A DNA stretch of 18,141 nucleotides from a virus (lineage: Duplodnaviria > Heunggongvirae > Uroviricota > Caudoviricetes): IMG/VR virus record IMGVR_UViG_2534682108_000010, positions 1-18,141 of that record; one strand, written 5' to 3'. Positions 1 to 6,805 of this stretch are shown here, piece after piece. Numbering within the stretch: position 1 is the stretch's first letter; every line of letters begins with the position of its first letter. The position numbers and the translations under genes are program-made. Under the pieces are notes generated by a model that saw nothing but the letters and a program-made list of their open reading frames with translations, was not told the DNA's origin and did no database searches.

Positions 1-321
1 CGGCTCAGGGCGGTCATAGGTTTCAGGTAACGGCAGCCCTTCGCCAAAAGCCATACCATTGGACTGACCGGCAAGCGCGATCACATAGTAATATTCTGGC
101 GCAACAGAAGGCGCTGAGGTCGTCGGACGGTTGCCTGACTCCTCTGGTGATGAGATGCTCCCCTCACTCACAACTGGCTGGATGAACTCCGCACCATAAC
201 CAGCTGTCGAAATCAGCGCACTACCATAAGGCTGCCACCCTTCCTTCAGTTTTTGAGTTATTCGTTTCGCAAGGTCTGACGGCGACGCCGCCCTGACCAC
301 GTCATAGTGTTTAAATGCCAT
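1..321 (-). CDS. NanS-p-like sialate O-acetylesterase, N-terminal part only (gene continues beyond the window start)
   Basis: Minus-strand ORF starting at ATG 319-321 with GGAGG RBS (rc of 326-330). Translation MAFKHYDVVRAASPSDLAKRITQKLKEGW... then YYYVIALAGQSNGMAFGEGLPLP, which matches the GQSN esterase motif of NanS/YjhS-type enzymes preceded by a DUF1737-like N-terminus, as in Stx-phage nanS-p. Confidence 0.7.
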   Translation of the reverse strand, partial: MAFKHYDVVRAASPSDLAKRITQKLKEGWQPYGSALISTAGYGAEFIQPVVSEGSISSPEESGNRPTTSAPSVAPEYYYVIALAGQSNGMAFGEGLPLPETYDRPEP

Positions 322-409
322 TATTCCTCCCCTTTCCGGGATTTTCCTCAACAGTTGCGGGCCACGGTCCGGCTACACGGAGAATCAAAAGAGGAGAACC
401 GCAGCCCGC

Positions 410-440
410 AAAACGAAAAAGGCCGCGCAGTTGCGCAGCC
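410..440 (-). terminator. Rho-independent terminator (minus strand)
   Basis: On the minus strand: 8-bp stem ggctgcgc/gcgcggcc with tetraloop aact, followed by TTTTTCGTTTT. Confidence 0.6.
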
Positions 441-540
441 TTATCACAGATGGTAAAAATCAGAACACGATAATAAAAATACCTGATGTATATTCATGCG
501 ACCCGCCCGCCACTCACTGAGGGCTTTTTTTTGCCCATAG

Positions 541-567
541 AAAAGCCCCTCCGGAGAGGGGCTTTTT
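541..567. terminator. Bidirectional intrinsic terminator hairpin
   Basis: gcccctc-cgga-gaggggc hairpin at 545-562 flanked by AAAA on one side and TTTTT on the other. Confidence 0.6.
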
Positions 568-1018
568 ACAGTGGTAGTGTAGACAATTTTGCATGGTGCC
601 GGATGCCTCCCGGTGAATTCTGCAATGACCAGACAGAATCCGCAACTTGCCTATACAATACGCAACCAAACATCTGTCATTATGCCCCGCCTCACAGGGG
701 GATTCACCATGCAAAATCATTTTTAACAAAACAGCATGTTATTCTCCAGTACCCGGCATAATGAAATGTGATGTTCTTAGCATTTTTAAAACCCCGAACT
801 TAGTGGTGATTATTTTTATTAGACACCCCTGTTTCACAGTAACTTTATTTTCTGTTTGGGCCACTCTGGCTCAATACTAAAATTATTAATTATCGACAAA
901 AATATAGTAAATAAATAAACAAGTTCCGAGAAAACCAATAACTATCATTGCTAATGCCAGCATAAATAGTTGTTGTGTGTTTATTTTTACGGTAGTGTAT
1001 TCAAAGTGTTGATTCCTG

Positions 1019-1387
1019 TTATCGCAGGTAATATTCCCGCTCAATAAATGTACCAATCACTTTGTCGTGCATTTCTGTGGATTTCGAATACCCCAGAGTT
1101 TTCCGGTTTAGTCGTTTCAGTCTGTTCCTGAGGTTCAGGTTTTCACGTTCGATGCGTTGCGTATAAAGCTTACCTGTGATGTGTTTTTCATTCGGCAATA
1201 TGTCGTAAGCCCGGAAGTTATCTGTACACCAGAAAGCAACATTAAATCCCGATAACCGCTTCAGTAACTGGCGAAATACCTTTTTACTTCGACGACCAAA
1301 AGCATGGGCAACAATACGTTTGAGACGAGGCTCCCATGCATACCACAGCCAGCGCTGTTGCTTTTTATTGCCGACAAATGACCACAT
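1019..1387 (-). CDS. insB: IS1-family transposase InsB-like ORF (normally expressed as an InsAB' frameshift fusion)
   Basis: Translation ...QRWLWYAWEPRLKRIVAHAFGRR...YTQRIERENLNLRNRLKRLNRKTLGYSKS...HDKVIG aligns by eye with IS1 InsB (QRWLFYAYD...[29 protein letters not shown]...HDKVIG), roughly half identical. Confidence 0.7.
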   Translation of the reverse strand: MWSFVGNKKQQRWLWYAWEPRLKRIVAHAFGRRSKKVFRQLLKRLSGFNVAFWCTDNFRAYDILPNEKHITGKLYTQRIERENLNLRNRLKRLNRKTLGYSKSTEMHDKVIGTFIEREYYLR

Positions 1388-1440
1388 CTCATCAACTTCA
1401 CAGATGAGCTGAATTTTCAGGTCATCCAGCGGCAGTGTGG

Positions 1441-1630
1441 TTACACATCGTGGTGCGAGTTTTTTAATGTGCGCACAACGGCATTAATGCTGATATGCAG
1501 CACCCGTGCGGTGTCACGGATGCCCGCATTGTTCATTGCAAGGTCAACAATTTGCTCTTTCATGCCGTGCTGGCAGGCACGATGATTCGGTTTGCCCACA
1601 AAACGGGCATTTTACGTCAACTTTAGCCAT
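1441..1630 (-). pseudogene. insA: insA-like gene of the IS1-family element, apparently frameshifted
   Basis: ATG at 1628-1630 (rc) gives MAKVDVKCPFCGQTE... which stops after 28 codons; the HTH part (...MKEQIVDLAMNNAGIRDTARVLHISINAVVRTLKNSHHDV, stop 1441-1443) is in a different frame. Confidence 0.5.
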
Positions 1631-1751
1631 TCGCAACACTCAGCAAAAGGAGTAATATTACAACATGATCAACACTTTGAATACTTGCCCATTTTTACCG
1701 ATGAAAGGTAACGCAGAAAAATACTCAACATACAGTCCCCATAATCCTCTA

Positions 1752-1827
1752 TGGAGCGGCCAGCTGGAATCGAACCCGCATCATCAGCCTGGAAGGCCGA
1801 GGTAATAGCCATTATACGATGACCTCA
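1752..1827 (-). tRNA. tRNA-Gly(UCC)-like sequence, probable pseudogene
   Basis: D-arm, anticodon arm (loop CTTCCAG, anticodon UCC) and T-loop closely resemble E. coli glyT, but the 5' acceptor strand (tgaggtc) cannot pair with the 3' strand (tggccgc) and the T-stem has a G-A mismatch. Confidence 0.5.
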
Positions 1828-1904
1828 TGGTGCGCCATACTGGATTCGAACCAGTGACCGATTGCTTAGAAGGCAATTGCTCTGTCAGGCCGAGCTAACA
1901 ACGC
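1828..1904 (-). tRNA. tRNA-Arg (anticodon UCU)
   Basis: Hand-folded cloverleaf: acceptor GCGTTGT/ATGGCGC (with G-U pairs), D-stem GCTC/GAGC, anticodon stem ATTGC/GCAAT with loop CTTCTAA, T-arm ACTGG-TTCGAAT-CCAGT, 3' CCA encoded. Confidence 0.85.
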
Positions 1905-1917
1905 TGAATACCGATAA

Positions 1918-1994
1918 TGGACCGCCATCGGGGACTTGAACCCCGCGCAGCCAGCTTCGAAGGCTGGCGCTCTGTCCCGATGAGCTAATGGCGG
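1918..1994 (-). tRNA. tRNA-Arg (anticodon UCG)
   Basis: Perfect acceptor stem CCGCCAT/ATGGCGG, D-stem GCTC/GAGC, anticodon stem CCAGC/GCTGG with loop CTTCGAA, T-arm CGGGG-TTCAAGT-CCCCG, CCA encoded. Confidence 0.85.
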
Positions 1995-2003
1995 TATCTG
2001 ATA

Positions 2004-2079
2004 TGGTGGCCCTTGCTGGATTTGAACCAGCGACCTGGCGATTATGAGTCGCTCGCTCTCACCACTGAGCTAAAGAGCC
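2004..2079 (-). tRNA. tRNA with CAU anticodon, ileX-like (tRNA-Ile2 / Met-type)
   Basis: Acceptor GGCTCTT/AAGGGCC, D-arm GCTC-AGTGGTGA-GAGC, anticodon loop CTCATAA, T-arm GCTGG-TTCAAAT-CCAGC; from the anticodon arm onward it is nearly identical to my recollection of E. coli ileX. Confidence 0.85.
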
Positions 2080-2241
2080 GGGCGCAGGATAATAACGGTA
2101 CGTAACTAATTCTGCAATATCATCCGTTCTGACTGACTAAATTCTGAACTTCCCTGACCGTCTGCTCAAAACGTTCAGTCTCCAGCTCAACACCAGTTGC
2201 ACGACGTCCCAGCGCCATTGCTGCTTTGACGCTACGGACAT

Positions 2242-2270
2242 AAAAAAGCCAGCCACTGGGGGAGGCTGGC
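2242..2270 (-). terminator. Rho-independent terminator (minus strand) between Q and the tRNA array
   Basis: 7-bp stem gccagcc/ggctggc (2248-2270) with a 9-nt loop, followed on the minus strand by TTTTTT (fwd A-run 2242-2247). Confidence 0.6.
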
Positions 2271-2450
2271 AAACTCGTAGAGCAAAATGCTGTTACGCAA
2301 ACTTCGTTACAGGGTTATCCTGTAATACAAAAAATACACAATATTTAGAAAACTAATAGTGCCATATGAGATTTTTAAGATTTTGTTATTAATTGCGGTC
2401 GTACCTTCCTTTCTGTGTACTTTCCGTATAGCTCACAGGATTCTGGGTAC

Positions 2451-2473
2451 AAAAAAACCCGCGCATCGGCGGG
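2451..2473 (-). terminator. Rho-independent terminator about 50 bp downstream of Q (candidate tR')
   Basis: Minus strand: cccgc-cgatgc-gcggg hairpin followed by TTTTTTT. Its position immediately after Q matches the short pR'-tR' transcript of lambdoid phages. Confidence 0.6.
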
Positions 2474-2520
2474 TTCTGCTGCGTGGCAATGTAACCACTC
2501 TTATCATGATATGCAGATTT

Positions 2521-2955
2521 TTACGATCGTAAACTATTTTTTCGCTGATAAAATACAGAGCTTCTCCCTCCCGGCAATTCACGCTCAACATACCGATCCA
2601 TCTCAAGCCTCACTCCCAGCATCATCAGCATGCCTTCAACAATCCCCTCCGCTTTGTGAAGGCGTTTACCTATACAGGTGTCAGAGCACCCATGTTTCCG
2701 TGCCAGCGCCATGAACGTCTCCCCCAACACGTAGTAATCAACCAGCAAGTCATGCAGATCGCGATTGTTCCGGTAAAGGCGGGCTACGCACCCGCATATC
2801 ACCATCGCATCATCGTCACAACATTGCGGGCGAGATTTTACTTTTGAAGGAATTAATCCCTTAAAACCGGCGGCAATGGACGACCAGGTCACATCTTCAT
2901 GATTATTAGCCGCCCACGCTCCCCAACGCTCAAGAACCATCTGAATATCACGCAT
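2521..2955 (-). CDS. Late-gene antiterminator Q
   Basis: Translation [38 protein letters not shown]... with a Cys-rich region, recognised as a lambdoid Q-family protein; GGAG RBS 8 nt upstream of ATG 2953-2955; the ORF-track start at 2970 is a TTG. Confidence 0.85.
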   Translation of the reverse strand: MRDIQMVLERWGAWAANNHEDVTWSSIAAGFKGLIPSKVKSRPQCCDDDAMVICGCVARLYRNNRDLHDLLVDYYVLGETFMALARKHGCSDTCIGKRLHKAEGIVEGMLMMLGVRLEMDRYVERELPGGRSSVFYQRKNSLRS

Positions 2956-3040
2956 CAACTTACTCCACAAAACTCAGACCAGAACGCCAATTACAAGCAA
3001 AAATCAACAAAACAGTATTAGTTGATTGTTATCTCTGACT

Positions 3041-3181
3041 TCATACTCCTGCTCCTGTCAGTGTTTTGGCGTAATTCTTCAGTATTCGGTAATCGGTCAA
3101 AACAGAACCGGGGAAACGATATAAGCGCAGACGCCCCCAGCGGTGGCGAAGAAGTTCTGCCATATTAAACTCAAACATCAT
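3041..3181 (-). CDS. ylcG: Small nin-region protein, YlcG-like (46 aa)
   Basis: [49 protein letters not shown], with ATG overlapping the rusA stop (ATGA coupling); same position as DLP12 ylcG between rusA and Q. Confidence 0.6.
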   Translation of the reverse strand: MMFEFNMAELLRHRWGRLRLYRFPGSVLTDYRILKNYAKTLTGAGV

Positions 3182-3540
3182 TCATTCCCCATTTCGGTGA
3201 TGGTCAGTTCCAGCCTCCCACCTTTGGTAACAGGCATCTTCACAACGCGGTAATCAACGACCTGAGCATCATCCAGCCAGAAACCTGCTTTAGTGAGTGC
3301 GTCAAAAGCGGCTTTTTGCAGATTATCCAGGTCACGGCGACGGCGATCCGGCATGTGGCACTCAATGCGGATTTTCACAGGCATAGCCAGGCCGATATCC
3401 AGCATTGCGTTTTTAATGATTCGGGCGACGTTATCGCGGTATGCCTGCCCCTCTGCACTGACGTGCGTGCGCCCGCGATTATGGCGGTAATAGCGATTAT
3501 TGCTCGGAGGCCAGGGTAATGTGATACTGTAGGTATTCAC
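3178..3540 (-). CDS. rusA: Holliday-junction resolvase RusA
   Basis: Translation [42 protein letters not shown]... recognised as RusA; GTG start overlapping the upstream stop. Confidence 0.9.
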   Translation of the reverse strand: MNTYSITLPWPPSNNRYYRHNRGRTHVSAEGQAYRDNVARIIKNAMLDIGLAMPVKIRIECHMPDRRRRDLDNLQKAAFDALTKAGFWLDDAQVVDYRVVKMPVTKGGRLELTITEMGNE

Positions 3541-3827
3541 GCCTTAATAACCCCCTCTTTCAGCCAGATAACCTGTGTTCTCGCCATACCTTCCAGCGCG
3601 CATTCTTTTGCATATGCAGCATCGACAAAATGTGTGCGGCGGTCGATTTCGTCGTGGCAGGCAGAACATGCAATGGTGGCAATCAGGTCTGGCGGTTTGA
3701 TACCGGTACCGCACAATCCAGCCAGCCGGATATGTGCCAGTACAGACGTTTCAGAATTGCCATTACATACGCCAGGGATTCTTACCTGGCATTCCCGACC
3801 ACGCGCTGCTTTTCTCAAATCAGCCAT
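3537..3827 (-). CDS. ybcO: DUF1364-family nin-region protein (YbcO-like)
   Basis: Translation [47 protein letters not shown]...CSACHDEID... recognised as YbcO-like; ATG at 3825-3827 overlaps the ninE stop. Confidence 0.8.
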   Translation of the reverse strand: MADLRKAARGRECQVRIPGVCNGNSETSVLAHIRLAGLCGTGIKPPDLIATIACSACHDEIDRRTHFVDAAYAKECALEGMARTQVIWLKEGVIKA

Positions 3828-3990
3828 GATTCCTCCTTGCTGCCAGTCGCAACCATTTTTTATCAACCAGGCTAGCGGTATATCCGAGCAGTGTTGGTAT
3901 TTCGGATGGCTTCAGCTCAGGCTTACGCTTACGACGATTTGATACTCTGTAGATGTGTCCGTTCATGACACGAATAAGCGGTGTAGCCAT
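3820..3990 (-). CDS. ninE: NinE-like small protein (56 aa)
   Basis: [59 protein letters not shown]. The C-terminal ...YTASLVDKKWLRLAARR resembles lambda NinE (...YTAHLWDIRWLRRRAR); ATG overlaps the ybcN stop. Confidence 0.6.
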   Translation of the reverse strand: MATPLIRVMNGHIYRVSNRRKRKPELKPSEIPTLLGYTASLVDKKWLRLAARRNHG

Positions 3991-4445
3991 TACGCCTCCT
4001 GCTTGTCACGGAGCTGCTGGAACTCGCAGCTCTGCGGAATAGTCAGATGGCAACCAATATTCATCGCCCAGGCTTCAACCTTACACAGGAAGACATACAT
4101 CTCTCCGGTATCAAGATCGGAGGTATGGCGTAACGACTGGATAGTGGTGATATCACCGGTTACGACATCAACCAGGTCTTTGGTTTCATAACCGAGATAT
4201 GTGTGTTTGAGAGCATCTTTTACCCAAGCTGGAGTGGCGAACGTTTTACCCCTGCTGATGAGGTATTCACTGATTTCGCTGTACCACATGTGGCTGAGTG
4301 CATTCTGGGAAAGACTGCGTTTCTCACGCCACGGTTTAAGCACCATGCGAAAGCATTTGCCTTCCTCCAGATAAGGCTGGATCTGCTGGCCGATAGCGGT
4401 GAAGTTACCACGATGCAATTTGATGCCGTCTTGTGGGAGGTTCAC
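3990..4445 (-). CDS. ybcN: YbcN/NinB-family protein
   Basis: 151-aa ORF with GTG start preceded by GGAGG; the motif [20 protein letters not shown] resembles the NinB RNRSLDQNRKLW region; position and length match DLP12 ybcN. Confidence 0.65.
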   Translation of the reverse strand: MNLPQDGIKLHRGNFTAIGQQIQPYLEEGKCFRMVLKPWREKRSLSQNALSHMWYSEISEYLISRGKTFATPAWVKDALKHTYLGYETKDLVDVVTGDITTIQSLRHTSDLDTGEMYVFLCKVEAWAMNIGCHLTIPQSCEFQQLRDKQEA

Positions 4446-4478
4446 GCTTCACCTCCGCAGAGGTCAAACGCTGGATGC

Positions 4479-4563
4479 AAAAAATCGCAGGTGCATCTCT
4501 GCATCTGTGAAGGGAGAAGAGAGTTTGGATTGTATGTGCGCATAAACGTCCCCGTTTAGCGCA
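4479..4563. repeat. 85-bp direct repeat, copy A
   Basis: 80 of 85 positions identical to 6413-6497; contains a palindromic hairpin tgcgcataaacg-tccc-cgtttagcgca (10-bp stem with 1-nt bulge, tetraloop). Confidence 0.85.
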
Positions 4564-4639
4564 GAAGTCACCGGAGTTGTTCAAGCTCCAATGGCATGAT
4601 TATGGCTGGTTGATTATTGGAAATCAAATGTGCTGAAAA

Positions 4640-5149
4640 TTAGTCTGCCAAGTCTTCCTCAGTCGCAACTGGGTAATTCCAAATATCAAAAAAAGCTATA
4701 GCCTCCTGCCATTTGCTCCATAAGTTATCAAGTACTTGTGTAGGTTCCGTACTTTTAAAAACAGAATCAGCCGCATCACCGTTATGAACTTCCTCGTACA
4801 GTTCCATTATTAGCAGATTAACAAAGTACTGTTTCAACATTAATGCCTGATTACCTTCTTTCTGCTGGCTATCCTGCTTGATGAGCTCCATCGCCCGTAC
4901 TAGGCACCTGATGATATCCGCTGCATCATTAACGCTCCATTCAGATCCGCGCTTATCTTTAGCTGATGAATTGGCTCTCTCAGCGCAAGCCTTTAAAGAC
5001 TCATAAAGGTAAACTCTATTTTGTAGCTGCAGCGCTTTTTTTGACGTGCACCAACTTGCAAGCGCCGACCCCGCTGCGGCTAATGTGCCAAACGCAGAAA
5101 TGCCTGCTGCTATTGCACTTAAGTCGGCACTGTCAAAGTTCCACATCAT
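4640..5149 (-). CDS. Hypothetical protein with hydrophobic N-terminal segment (putative membrane anchor)
   Basis: 169-aa ORF, ATG with AGGTG RBS; N-terminus LSAIAAGISAFGTLAAAGSALASW is hydrophobic; AT-rich; no family recognised. Confidence 0.5.
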   Translation of the reverse strand: MMWNFDSADLSAIAAGISAFGTLAAAGSALASWCTSKKALQLQNRVYLYESLKACAERANSSAKDKRGSEWSVNDAADIIRCLVRAMELIKQDSQQKEGNQALMLKQYFVNLLIMELYEEVHNGDAADSVFKSTEPTQVLDNLWSKWQEAIAFFDIWNYPVATEEDLAD

Positions 5150-5384
5150 CGTTACACCTTATATAAACACCCCTCAGTAATATCCAATAAGGTATGTGAA
5201 CAATCAATATAATTTATATCCGTATCGGCACATAGCGATTTTAATGCTACTGATAATGGTATCTTTTAGATTATATCGTCCAGTTCCAGTACCCGTATTT
5301 TATGAAATGGACTCGCACATTACCAAAAAAAATGCCAGCACTTCCGTCATCGCAGAATGCTGGCAGTATTTCTAACTAGTGACT

Positions 5385-5993
5385 TTATTGCAACAGATTC
5401 TGACGGAAATATGGTAACACACGACTCCACTTATCATCCTGCCACGGTTGGAATTTTACATGCGCCGTTTCTCTGGCAAGGATTTCTCGCGCCCTGTTGA
5501 GTATCCGAGGATATTCTTGTTCGATTGAAGTGAATCTACCTGCTTCGCGATGCTCTGCGACCTGAAGAAGGGGCGTAACGTTCTGGCAGGCGGTTAACAT
5601 CGTATCACTTGCTCGCCATAACCAGGCGAGTGTGCAAAGTTCGTTATCAGTGAATTGTTTTGTGATTGGGGATTGTTGAACTTCTCGATCGAGAATATCC
5701 AGAACCCAGCGGCGGAATTCTTTGGCCACAGGAGTACGAGCAAACATGGCGATCAAATGGGCTCCGCGAAGGCTAAATACTCGAGACTCCTGCATTCCAC
5801 GAGGGGTGGTCACTTTGACCACCCTTGTCATCATATCTGTGAATTCATCCGAGTGCCGAGAGTAAATGCGCTGAACTGCTTTATCGTCCGCATATTCCAG
5901 TGCTAAACCAACTTCAGTGGCAGTAAGCCAAATTCTGTTATTGTGGCAAATCGGGGTAAACGTCGTTTTGTGGAATGCTAATTGAGTAGTCAT
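5385..5993 (-). CDS. Bro-N domain protein (antirepressor / Roi-like)
   Basis: N-terminal region FHKTTFTPICHNNRIWLTATEVGLALEYADDKAV...RVFSLRGAHLIAMFARTPVAKEFRRWVLDIL matches the Bro-N pattern; ATG with GAGGTG RBS. Confidence 0.7.
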   Translation of the reverse strand: MTTQLAFHKTTFTPICHNNRIWLTATEVGLALEYADDKAVQRIYSRHSDEFTDMMTRVVKVTTPRGMQESRVFSLRGAHLIAMFARTPVAKEFRRWVLDILDREVQQSPITKQFTDNELCTLAWLWRASDTMLTACQNVTPLLQVAEHREAGRFTSIEQEYPRILNRAREILARETAHVKFQPWQDDKWSRVLPYFRQNLLQ

Positions 5994-6149
5994 AGTATCA
6001 CCTCATCAGGTTAACCATCACCACCAACGACGCCAATCGACTGGTGGTGAACTGTGTAAGGTTGGCGTAACCGGCTACTCAAACCCGGCGCTTCCGAAGA
6101 AGCCCTCACACAGCCCACCATAATTTGGGCATAGCCGTGCTTAGCGCAC

Positions 6150-6170
6150 AAAAAAACCGCTTAACGCGGT
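6150..6170 (-). terminator. Possible rho-independent terminator (minus strand)
   Basis: Minus strand: accgc-gttaa-gcggt hairpin followed by TTTTTTT. Confidence 0.45.
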
Positions 6171-6412
6171 ATGCGTTGAGTAGTATCCCGGGACGCCAAT
6201 CCCGTGTGCCGATTTTGCGGCAACGCACAGAATATAGCGCCGGATAAATCATGTCGTCAACCCCAGTAAATGGACACCATGATGATCACAGCCATAGCTG
6301 CTACAACAGTTACAACTACCTCAGGCCAAAACATAACGATTTCCATATCACCTTTAGCCGCCAGACGAATAGAGACTCCCAATTCTGGCTGTCGAAGTAA
6401 AACACCGAATGT

Positions 6413-6497
6413 AAAAAATCGTAGGTGCATTTCTGCATCTGTGAATGGAGATGAGAGTTTGGATTGTGTGTGCGCATAAACGTCCCCGTTTAGCGCA
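6413..6497. repeat. 85-bp direct repeat, copy B
   Basis: 80 of 85 positions identical to 4479-4563, with the same internal hairpin. Confidence 0.85.
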
Positions 6498-6805
6498 ACC
6501 CCACCACCGGGTGTTCAGGCCGACAGTAACTATATTATTCCCTACTGATTTTTGAAAATCAAAGGTCTTTATACGTCACACGAGAGCAAATATTTCCGAA
6601 GAAGAAACCTTTCGCCTTGAAAGGATAAAGAGTTCATTTCATAAATTGAAATATTCAATAAGAATATTGCAAAAAATGAAATTATTTACTAGCGAGTCTA
6701 TCTAACTGATAATTATGAAGATTGTAAGCGGTAGCAATCACCCGCATACACATTGAACAGGATTTAATACAAAACGTCTTAAATTGTCCGTAAGGAATAG
6801 CACGA

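Larger units (their letters stand above)
991..1690 (-). mobile_element. IS1-family insertion sequence (about 700 bp), probably defective
   Basis: Terminal inverted repeats 991-1013 (ggtagtgtattcaaagtgttgat) and 1668-1690 (inner 17 nt perfect rc) resembling IS1 IRs; 8-bp direct repeat ATTTTTAC at 983-990 and 1691-1698 (target-site duplication); internal InsA/InsB-like coding sequence with the A6C frameshift motif TTAAAAAAC. Confidence 0.75.

Noticed and set aside
486-880. Three overlapping ORFs (486-761 +, 514-729 -, 647-880 +) in the region between nanS-p and the IS element
   Set aside because: No convincing RBS, mutually overlapping on both strands, spanning terminator hairpins and low-complexity sequence, and no recognisable protein features; treated as non-coding. 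A check for stx remnants found no resemblance to the stxA start as I recall it.
2476-2560. Exact pR' late promoter and qut site overlapping the 3' end of Q
   Set aside because: Several weak -35/-10 candidates exist but none is clearly better; only the downstream terminators are reported.
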